Below are positions 12,397-22,604 of a DNA stretch of 64,000 nucleotides, one piece after another. Made by a program: the position numbers and the translations under genes. Source of the stretch: Malacoraja senta (taxonomy: Eukaryota); contig CM075989.1 of the NCBI GenBank assembly GCA_038087875.1, positions 23,624,001-23,688,000 on the forward strand, in the 5' to 3' direction. The notes under the pieces are model-generated. The model made no database searches, had not been told where the DNA came from, and saw nothing but the letters and a program-made list of their open reading frames with translations. Each line of letters begins with the position of its first letter. The first letter of the stretch is position 1.

Positions 12397-13532
12397 CTCA
12401 AAGCGCCCAACCACTCCTCTGGAATGTGTAGGAAGGAACTGCAGTTGCTGGTTTAAACCGAAGATAGGCACAAAATGCTGGAGTAACTCAGCGGGACAGG
12501 CAGCATCTCTGGAGAGAAGGAAGGGTCTCGACCCGAAACATCACCCACTCCTCTGGAACCTATTTTAAGCCTCTTCTGTGCTAATGGTTTATTTGGCAAC
12601 TCTTTGCACAAAGGGAATGTTCAACTACAAACCATTCTGAATGGTTTTAGGCCAATGTTTGGGCAATTGGCCCATGAGTCACTGACATGAACCAAGTTGA
12701 AGTCATGTGATACGTGAAGTGGACTTGGCAGATAGATGTGAGCAGTTGTTTATGTTGTTTGTGTTCGGCTCCTGTAGGGGTCAGCCCTGAGCTAGGAGGC
12801 ACGTGAAGTGTGTAGGAAGGAACTGTGGAACCTTCTTTATACCCAAGATAAGACGCAAAATGCTGGAGTAACTCAGGGTCAGAACCCTTCTTCAGACTGA
12901 AGCAGCTCTGACCCGAAATGTCACCCATCCTTTTTCTCCAGAGATGCTGCTCGACCCGCTGAGTTCCTCCAGCACTTTGTGTCTGTCTCCAGAAGCTATA
13001 CAACCTTTCACGCAGTCCAACTAATTTTACAAAATTAATACTGTAAAATATTATAAATTAAATATTTCTCCCCCTCCTGAGTGTAGCAAGGAAAGCAGAG
13101 GTGTGAATAAAACACTTTGAGTGATAATTGGTTTGTTGCCATTTTTTAAAGGAATTATCAAAAGATTGATTTATATGTAATTAATTTGTGTCAAAATTAA
13201 TAGAGGATAACTCAAGAAGTGTGATGAATATAATAAATATGAAGTGCCAGATCCAAAACTAGCTCTGCAGTGGGTGCTGGATTAATCAGTCTTCAGTGGA
13301 GGGGCAGGACTGAGAGGCAGACTTTGGTCTCAACTCCACTGGGAGATTTGGGATGAAGAAATCAATCATGTGGGGCTCCAGCTGTAGTGACCTCTGATGA
13401 GATATGTGTGTACATGAGTGCTGGCATATGTATGAATGAGGGCGCCAGAGATAGAGATGCCTCTGTAGTCCATCATTACTGACTGAAACTTGGCTCTTGG
13501 GTTAATGGTACCTTGTCTAACATCGACATTGC

Positions 13533-13820
13533 AGGTGGCACAGTGGCACAGCAGTAGAACTGTCGCCTCACGGCTCCAGAGACCCAAGTTCAATCCTGAC
13601 GACGGGTGTGCGGAGTTTGTACGTTCTCCCTGTGACCGCGTGGGTTTTCTCTGGGTGCTCCGGCTTCCTCCCACATTCCAAAGACGTGTAGGTTAATGGG
13701 CCTCTGTAAAATTGCTTCAGGATGCGAAAGTGGAATAACATAGAGGTAGTGTACGGGGTGATCGCCGATCGGCGTGGGCTTGGCGGGCTGAAGGTCCTGT
13801 TTCCATGTTGTATCTCTAAA
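13533..13820 (+). mobile_element. V-SINE (HE1-like)
   Basis: Same family. Forms an inverted pair with the copy at 13956-14245. Confidence 0.8.
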
Positions 13821-13955
13821 GACATATTTTGATCTGACTATCGTTTGAATCACCAGACTGCTCAAAATGTGCCGATTTCATCTGATCAAACCTGACCTGA
13901 TGGAAAAGCCCCTCATCTTCTGATCTCTTCACCTCATTCCAAAGGCAAGAGTTTA

Positions 13956-14245
13956 TTTAGTTTGGTTTAGTTTAGAGATACAGCGCGGAAACAAGCCTTT
14001 CAACCCACCGACTCGGTACCGACCAGCGATCCCCACACACTGACACTATCCTGCACACACTAGCAACAATTTATACCAAGCCAATTAGCCTACAAACCTG
14101 TACGTCTTTGGAGTGTGGGAGAAAACCCACGCAGGTCACGGGGAGAATGTACAAACTCCATATAGACAGCACCCGTAGACAGGATCGAACCCGGGTCTCT
14201 GGTGCTCCAAGCACTGCAAGACAGCAACTCTACCGCTGCGTCACC
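13956..14245 (-). mobile_element. V-SINE (HE1-like)
   Basis: Reverse complement of the same family. Confidence 0.8.
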
Positions 14246-15087
14246 AATTCTACGCTCTCAGTAGTACATGAGAACGTGGTGCTGATATTGGTGATATGGG
14301 TGGAGGGGAGTCCTCTACTGTAACCATTGATGATGGTTTTATACAATTGAATCGTTTACTTCAGATGGGAAGTAAGAATCTAACTCATTGGTCTGGGATT
14401 TGCATGAAGGTCAGGATGAGTGAGGATGGTTTATTGTTTTCTTTCAAAGAAAATCTGTGAACCTTTGGAATTTTCCAACAGCCTGATCACATAGCTACAA
14501 GTTCACACCCAAAGATAACAGCTTCTTCTCCTTATTATTTAATAAAAGTTATTGCAATTGAAGATTTCAAATGTCTGTGATGAGATTTGAACCTGCGTTC
14601 TCCACTAAGATTAACGCTATACCACATGTCTTGTTGTGCCCTTCATGTCTCTCCTTCAGAATCGCCATCTTCTACCTCCAACACCAAGGTGCAATTATTC
14701 AGCAGTAGTTCCAGCCTCAATAACAACACTCCCAACTTACCTCACCTCTCCATACTCACTACCTTTGGTTACAAGATTCTGCTCTAACCTGGAGTCCTAT
14801 TTCAGCCAAATTGCTACTTTTAATATGATATAATTTTCATCAAAAAGACTTGGTTAATTTGATCATAGTCATACAGGCCCTTCAGCCCAACTTGCCCATG
14901 CCGACCAAGGTGCCACGTCTACACTAGTCCCACCTGCCTGCATTTGGCCCATATCCCTCCAAACCTTTCCTATCCACATACCTGTCCAAATATCTGTTTC
15001 ACGCTGATATAGGACCTGCCTCGACTACCCTGCTCTGGCTTCATCCTCAGCCTCTTCCCGTTTATAAACTATTATCTCATCCATAAC

Positions 15088-15396
15088 TTAGACTTTAGAG
15101 ATACAGTGCAGAAACAGGCCATTCAGCCCATCGAGTCCACGACGACCAGCAGTCACCCCATACACTAGCACTTTCCTACACACTAGGGACAACTTACAAT
15201 TTTACCACAGCCAATTAACCTACAAACCGGCACGTCTTTGGAGTGTGGGAGGAAAGCGGAGCACCCGGAGAAAACCCACACGGTCACGGATGGACGGACG
15301 GGGGGGACGTACAAACTCCGTACAGACAGCACCCGTGGTCAGGATCAAACCCGGGTCTTTGGCGCTGTGAGGCAGCAACTCTACTGCTGCGCCACC
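15088..15396 (-). mobile_element. V-SINE (HE1-like)
   Basis: Reverse complement of the same family. Confidence 0.8.
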
Positions 15397-15404
15397 CTAG
15401 GACC

Positions 15405-15593
15405 TAAGTCAAGACTAAAAACTTATCTATACTCCCAAGCCTTTCTTGACGTCCTCTGAGCGAGGGCTATATGTATATATGTATGTAGTTTGTTTGTTTA
15501 TACTATTCTTATAACAAATGTAAAGCACTTTGGCCAACGAGAGTTGTTTTTTAAATGTGCTATATAAATAAATGTGACTTGACTTGACTTGAC
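15405..15593 (+). mobile_element. L2-clade LINE 3' end (also about 57952-58140)
   Basis: KSRLKTYLYSQAF followed by gtaaagcactttgg...aaatgtgctatataaataaa and (gactt)n. Confidence 0.65.
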
Positions 15594-16145
15594 TACCCTG
15601 GAAATACTGTGAATCTTTGTGGTAATTCAATCCGGAGGCTATTATTTACCGTTGATTGATTGATATTTTATTGTCTCGTGTACCTGGTATAGTGACATTC
15701 TTTGTTTTGCATACAGTGCACAGGTATGCAAAGAGTCGCCAGTTAAAGGGCACCGACAAAAAAAAGTTACTGTTACCTGTGAATGACCGCGGTCAGTTGT
15801 AACCGACCGACAGCGAACATGGCAAAAGACGCTCTCAATCATCTGTTTTTCTCTCTCCTGAGTCAAGGCTGTTGTAAGTTACCAACATTACACAGCTAAT
15901 GTTAACTTGCTCCAGGCTTATGTACTCATTATCTGCTGCACTCAGTAAAAGAGCTGGGAAACCCCTTAAAGAGACTTAAAATAAAATATTTCACCCGTAG
16001 CTTAAATTATGCTCAAAGTAATTTTCTTTCCAAGACAATATAATCTAAGGCCTTTTTTATTTTACATCTGAGAGCAATTTGGTGAGGTTTGTTTTAATGT
16101 AATAATGAGAAGACAAAATTGCAGGTATGCTGTTCCAAGGTCTGA

Positions 16146-16170
16146 TCTCTCTCTTTCACTCTCTCTTTCA

Positions 16171-16210
<40 letters not shown>
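16146..16210. repeat. (CT)n microsatellite (also about 58693-58757)
   Basis: Directly visible. Confidence 0.95.
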
Positions 16211-16213
<3 letters not shown>

Positions 16214-16567
16214 CCTCCCTCCCCCCCACAGGTATTTTGTGTGCTCCCTGCTCGCACGGACTGCACAGCTGTGCCCCCTCTGCCCCCTGGGGCCGGTACA
16301 GGTGGGGCGGCCAAGATTCCAACTCCAACAGCGGTGTCTCAGACACACATCTAGCTCTGTGCCAGACACAGCCCCGGGGGCTCTGCCAAGGAAAATCCAG
16401 GCAAAAGGTTTTCAAAACATGCAAGCAAAACGCCAGGACCAGGGAGGGGTTTGAGAACAGGACGGAGGCGAAGTGAATCAGAATGCTATTGAACCAGCCA
16501 CCATCGGGGGGGGGGGGGGTTTCCACACAAAAAAGAACAAGAAGACAAGAATCAACTTTGCACTGAC

Positions 16568-18480
16568 CTGTCCCTACTGCGCCTCGAGGGGAAAGCAGCG
16601 TTACACCCTCCTACTGTGCACATGTGCATTTCCTTTAGATGCACATTTTTGTAATGCAATTTAACACTGTAAGAACTTTTAAACACCTTCTTGCAGACAT
16701 AGCAATAGTTAGGATTAGAAGTACCCTGATTATCCCTCTTCTCGGCGTCTGGCTGTAGACACGAGCAACTATTGACCGCCGGGCCGTCAAAGCAGAGTGG
16801 TCTGGCCCTCTGTTGCATCAGCACCCTGCCCAAGTCGCCGTTCATCAGCCTCTGCTGCACCTCCTTATAGTTGGTCATCAGCAGGTCTGCCTGCAGCCAC
16901 CCTTGTGATTTGGATAGCAGGTTCTCGCTACTGTCCCCCTCGCTCTCCCTCGGCTCGTCCCCAAAGGATGAAATGATTACAGTTCTCGCTTTCACCAAAG
17001 CATCACCGTTCTCCAAGTGTGAATCGCCGCCCGCTTTGTCATTGCCCAGTGCCCGGGCATCAGCGGTTGTTATCATGTCTTGCTGCTGCGCTTTGGGGCC
17101 CTGTTCTTCCACGTCGGACAGGCAGCTGCCGCCACTTTCTGTCCTTTCCAGGTCGTACTTGATACCCTTGTACTCGTCCTCGCTTCTGGTGTCACAGTTG
17201 GACACGCCGCTTCCAGCGTCCTCCAGCTCCTCCATCATCTCCATCTCAATCTTCACCGGCATGCTGCTCTTGCGCGACTTCTTTTTGGGCACGGGATCCA
17301 GCGCGGGTTCCCTGGCGGCGAAATACTCTTGGATGGAAGGGGCGGCGTGGGGCAGGGTCGGCAGCGCCACTTGGGGAATGGCCAGCTCGGCCGGAGACAC
17401 CAGACTGCGGTAGAAGGGAAACACAGGCTGCACTGTCTTCAGGTTCTGAAAGGCTGCACCATGCCCGCTGTTGCCCACACTAACCTGAGCATTACTCTGA
17501 ACACTGGCCTCAGCTCTGGGATGATCGAATCCAACGAGAGAGCGACCATCGCAGGTGTCAAGTCTTTTATCATTGACTTGGATAACTGTGGCTGAGGGGC
17601 AGTTTCTCAGGTCCTTGTCTCGGTTATTTTTCATGGTTGGCATGTGTAGCCTGGGGTTGGGGTTGGAACTGTGACGGTTGCGGCTCCGCAAAGAGCTGAA
17701 CACCATGTTGCACCCTCCCACGGTGCACCGGTGTTTAATTTTCAGGTGGACAGCATTGTAGTGGATCTTCAGGGTGCCTTTATCGTAGAAGGTCTTGTCA
17801 CAGGCACTGCAGTAAACCCGTCCCTTGGTGGTCAGGCTGCCCGGCGTCTCCATCGACCTGTCCCGGCCGGGATGAGAGCCCAACTGAGCTTGCTCAAGCT
17901 CCGCACTTGGAGTAACGCTGAGCGAAGGGGATGTCACCTCACTGGACTCATTGGTGGAATCATTCTTCAGGTCGAGGTTAAACTTATCTTGGGAATTCTG
18001 GCTATTTTCTTCAGCGCTCTGATACGGGTCAGCGCCCGTACTGGCAAGGAAACCCTTGCTGATAGGAATTGGAATTTCTTGTTTGGCTTCCCTTGGCTTC
18101 TCTTGAGGTTGATCGAGGAGGAAACTGTTGGGAGATGTCCCTAACAGGGGCATGGGGATCGGGTTAAAAAATTGGAAAGGCAACATAAAGGCCAGGTTGT
18201 TGACGATTTTCTCAAAGTGATGAATGCTGTTTGGGTTTACTTTTTCCATATGTGTAGGCAGGCTGGGGCTTCGGGTTTGATTACTGCTTTCTATAAACGC
18301 TCGGATATCAGAGTTGCTCTTGGCAGATGGGACAATAACTGCATTTCCTTCCTTCTCTTGGATTGCCATGAGTTCAACAATGGACTTGGTTTCTCCAAAA
18401 CGAAGGAATTGGTGTAGCGAGACCATTTCTTCATCATAGGTCATTATATTCCACCGGTCAAGTACTTTTCCTGAGACATC
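16568..18480 (-). CDS. BNC1: Basonuclin penultimate large coding exon, copy 1 (zinc fingers 1-3, first half of finger 4, NLS)
   Basis: Acceptor tgtgccctag|GAT at 18481 gives DVSGKVLDRWNIMTYDEE...QFLRFGETKSIVELMAIQEKE. Contains CSACDKTFYDKGTLKIHYNAVHLKIKHRCTVGGCNMVFSSLRSRNRH, PKKKSRKSSMPVKIE and [22 protein letters not shown]. Donor AG|gtcagt at 16567. Length 1913 nt ends in phase 2, matching the next exon. BNC1 is favoured over BNC2 by RDKDLRN and MLPFQFFNP (recalled, not searched). Confidence 0.93.
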
Positions 18481-19669
18481 CTAGGGCACAAGAATTGGTA
18501 TGGATTAAAACTCTTACAGCTTCATGTTAACATAGAAAATAGAAACATAGAAAATAGGTGCAGGAGGAGGCCATTCGGCCCTTCGAGCCAGCACCGCATG
18601 TTGATGCATAGGTTTAGGTTTAATATTGTCACGCATACCGAGGTACAGTGACAAGCTTTGTCTTGCATGCTATCCACTCAAATCAGACATCCCATCCATA
18701 AATACAATCAAATCAAACTCAAGTACAATAAATAGGGCAAAGGGCAAGATACAGAGTGCAGAATATAGTTCTCAGCATTGTAGCACATAGAATTATATAG
18801 CATGCAAATAGGCCCTTCCCAACTCATCTACACTAACCAATTAGACTTACTAAGAACATAGGATATAGAACAAATTGTAATTACTTAATTATTATAACTA
18901 CTAAAAATGGTTTCATGTTTTCATACTTGTTAATTTTCCAAATGTACTCTTGATAGGAATGTAGAAATAAAGAACTGTAGATGCTGGTTTATAGCAGAGA
19001 TGGACATTAAGTGCTGGAATAACTCAGCGGGTCAGGCAGCATCTCTGGAGAAAAAAGATGGGTGGCATTTTGGATCGGGACCCTTCTTGGTTCCGACCTG
19101 AAACATCACCCATCCCTTTTCTCCAGAGATGCTGCCTGACCCACTGAGTTACTCCAACACTTTGTGTCCGTCTCTGTTGATAGGAATCCCTATGGAAGGG
19201 ATATGTTTAAGTGTTGGACAGTTTTTCGAACATATTGGCATTGGGTAGTTGTACACAGTCATCAGTAAAAACTCTTTAAAAATTGTAACTTTTACAGCAG
19301 TCACAGAAAACTATAAACTTGTTTATAAGCAAACAGACTGCTCAGCATTAGAGCACATTAACTGACTCTTGATCCAAAAGCCTTGCATCTCATACATCTT
19401 CTACAATCAATTATTTTGCCTTAGTTGGAGATATTTTCCGTTTTTAATCGTGCTAGAGAGAATAAGTTGAAAAAACAAGGCAGAACAAGACAAAGCAACA
19501 TCCTGCCATTTGTACTGCTTGTGCCACTATCTGCTCCTTCCGTGCCATTGAACGAGTGCACAATCATTTATCTAGTCTCTCGTTCTTAACTAAAGCATTG
19601 TGGAAACCAAAGTAGGAAACAAGTGAAACACGATTGTTATTGGATAAGGTCAAGTAACAGGAGTCACTA

Positions 19670-20010
19670 TCCAATGAGGCAGCTCTATAAGACTATGGCC
19701 AAGCCGCATTTGGAGTATTGCGTGCAGTTCTAGTTGCCCCCATTCCAGGAAGGATGTAGAGGCTTTGGAGAGGGTGCAGAGGAGGTTTACTGGAATGCTG
19801 CCTGGATTAGTGGGTTTCAGCTACAGGGAGAGGTTGGATAAATCTGGATTGTTTTCTCTGGAACGTCAGAGGTTGAGGGGAGGCTTGATCGAAATATATA
19901 AAATTATTGGAGGCATAGATAGGATAGACAGTCAGAACCTTTTTTTCCCAGGGTGAAAATGTCCATCACTGGAGGGCACAGCTATAAAGTGAGAGGGGAA
20001 AGTTTAATGG
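19670..20010 (+). mobile_element. CR1 LINE fragment (also about 62206-62546)
   Basis: ERVQRRFTGMLPGL...SYRERLDKSGLFSLE. Confidence 0.85.
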
Positions 20011-20011
20011 A

Positions 20012-20307
20012 CTTTAGAGATACAGTGCGGAAACAGGCCCTTTGGCCCACTGAGTCCATGCCGATCAGCAATCACCCTGTACACTAGCACTATCCTACAC
20101 ACTAGGGACAATTTATAATTTTACCAAAGCCAATTAACCTACAAACTTTAACGTCTTTGGAATGTGGGAGGAAACCGGAGCACCCGGAGAAAACCGGAGC
20201 GGTCATAGGGAAAAAGTACAAAATCCGTAGAGACAGCACCTGTAGTCAAGTTTGAACCCAAGTCTCTGGCACTGTAAGGCAGCAACTCTACCGCTGTACC
20301 ACTGTGC
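20012..20307 (-). mobile_element. V-SINE (HE1-like)
   Basis: Reverse complement of the same family, inserted into a CR1 fragment. Confidence 0.8.
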
Positions 20308-20869
20308 CGAGATCTGAAGGACAACTTTTATTTTACATAGAGTGTGGTAGGGGCCTGGAACGCATTGTAGTGGTGGAGGCAGATACCATAGTGGCATTGA
20401 AGAAGCTTTTGGATAGGTACCTGGAAGTGCAAGGAATAAAGGGAAAAGGATCGTGTGTAGAAGGAGTTTAACTTGGACCTCCGGGTGCTCTGGTTCCCTC
20501 CCACATTCCAAAGACGTGCAGGTTGGTAGTTTAATTGGCCTCTGTAATTGCCCCTGGTATGTAGGGAGTATATCTCTGGTTTCCCTTTCCCGTGACTTTC
20601 AGTCTGAAGAAGGGTCTGGACCCGAAGCATCACCCATTCCTTCTCTCTCACGACGAGTTACTCCGGCTTTTTGTGTCTGTCCTGGTGTGTTGGGAGTGGA
20701 TGTGAAAGTGGGATGACATAGAACTAGAGTGAATGGGTGATCGATGGTCAGCATGGACCTGGTGGGCCGAAGGGCATGTTTCCATGCTGTATCTCTATGG
20801 GCTTGTGAACGGGGAATTGCCTGCACAGAAGCTGGCAGGTTGCAGTGACCATTTACTACAGAAAATGTC

Positions 20870-21236
20870 ATTGGGCAGCTTATAACCCAGCGGTATGAAT
20901 ATTGATTTCTCTAACTTCAAGTAAGCCTTGTATCTGCTCTCTTTGCATCGTTCCCCCACCCTAGTCAATGAACTCATTTTAGGGTCACCCTGTTGAGTCT
21001 GTATAACTCGTTATCAACTGTCCTACAGCCAACAATGGACTATTGTGGGCTCCGCCTTTCCTTGATTATCGTTGCCTTTTGCATATCATTTGTCCTATTT
21101 ACCGTCTATATCTCTCGTTTCCCTCTCCCCTGACTCTCACTCTGAAGAAGGGTCTCGATTGGAACCGTCATCTATTTATTCCTTCTCTCCAGAGATGCTG
21201 CCTGGCCCGCTGAGTTACTCCAGCATTTTGTGTCTG
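20870..21236 (+). mobile_element. Penelope-like element 3' remnant (also 63406-63772)
   Basis: LGSL*PSGMNIDFSNFK* followed by the same 3' UTR and ctgaagaagggtctcga terminal repeat. Confidence 0.75.
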
Positions 21237-21937
21237 ATGACAGGACCTGAGCCTCCAATGCTCCTCGGGTTAAGAGTTCAGTCTGGAACCCATCACCAAC
21301 CTCCATGGGAGGACCATTCTTGATTAGTACGGGTGTCAGGGGTTATGGGGAGAAGGCTGGAGAATGGGGTTAGGAGGGAGAGATAGATCAGTCTTGCTTG
21401 AATGGCGGAGTAGACGTGATGGGCCGAATGGCCTGATTTTACTCCTATTCCTTATAACCTTATGACCTCCTCTGGCCCCTCAAGTCCCCTCCCACTGGGT
21501 TGATTTAGTTGGAGTGCTGTAGGACCTCTGCTAATGGAATTGTAGCCTATTCAATGGCAGTCAAATCCGGCAAACCTTTAAGAATATAATAGGTATTCCA
21601 ATACAATCTCAACCAGATCTGCAAGTATCCATGACGTCTCTCAGGCACAACAGGCGACCAGTGAGAGTTGTCGAGGGATAAATCATTATGGTGTTCATTT
21701 GCTCACATAGATTTGATCTAGAAAGTGAATCTCCTCAGGAGATTTTCTCGGGCACTGAGCCAAGATTCGGAAATATTCCTAACAATATTTATACCCAGTA
21801 AAACTCTGAGCACTTAAACTCACAAGAATAAGTGTGGGTAGACACAAAAAGCTGGAGGAACTCAGTGGGTCAGGCAGCAACTCTGGAGAAAAGAAATAGG
21901 TGACGTTTCGGGTCGAGACCCTTCTTCAGAATGAGTC

Positions 21938-22163
21938 AGGTGCTGTCTGTACAGAGTTTGTACGTTCTCCCCGTGACCGCGTGGGTTTCCTCCGGGTGCT
22001 CCGGTTTCCTCCCACACTCCAAAGACGTACAGATTTGTAGGTTAATTGGTAAAGTTGGAAATGGTCCGTAGTGTGTAGGATAGTGGTAGTGTACGGGGTG
22101 ACCACTGGTCGGCACAGAGTCGGTGGGCAGAAGGGCCTGTTTCCATGCGGTATCTCTAAAGTC
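21938..22163 (+). mobile_element. V-SINE (HE1-like), 5'-truncated
   Basis: V-domain and 3' tail present. Confidence 0.75.
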
Positions 22164-22239
22164 TAAAAATAAAAATGCTAGGATCGGTGATGCTTTCCTT
22201 CTCTGGACTTTCTTCACCTCCAAGACCACGCGAGAAATC

Positions 22240-22408
22240 ACTCTTTCTTCTGCTCTCTCCCTCTCTCGTGTTCTCTCTCGCCCTCTCTCTCACATTCCCT
22301 CTCTCCCCCCTCACCCTCTCTCCCCCTCTCTCTTCCCCCCTCTCTCTTCCCCCCTCCCTCTCTCCCCCTCTCTCTCCCCCCCTCTCTCTCCCCCTCTCTC
22401 CCCCTCTG
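22240..22408. repeat. Polypyrimidine (C/T) low-complexity tract
   Basis: Directly visible. Confidence 0.9.
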
Positions 22409-22604
22409 TTTTTGACAAAGCCAATGCTGGTAGTGGAAGTGAATGATTGGAGCACATGATTGCCAGACCGCAGATGTCACTGATTCAGCAAAACCAGACA
22501 CATTCAAATTACAGTAATCAGCAATTAGGGATAAAAGTCTAAACAGCGAGACAAGCACATCATTTTGGCACTGCACCCATTTAGTGTGTAATCCCACCCT
22601 ATCA

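Larger units (their letters stand above)
1..21464 (+). repeat. Large direct duplication, copy 1 (probably extends beyond the window)
   Basis: Position 1 aligns with 42566 and 21464 aligns with 64000. The ORF track repeats with an offset drifting from 42565 to 42536 through small indels. Confidence 0.98.

Noticed and set aside
11987..12568. 193-aa plus-strand ORF
   Set aside because: Composed of antisense SINE plus Penelope terminal-repeat sequence, so a chance open frame.
16552..16567. ORF read-through ending ...RDRSVQS*
   Set aside because: It runs past a good GT donor into the intron. Splicing to 7226 restores the His residues of finger 4.
16871..18417. Plus-strand ORFs of 81-180 aa overlapping the large BNC exon
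   Set aside because: Antisense shadows of a GC-rich coding exon with no recognisable domain.
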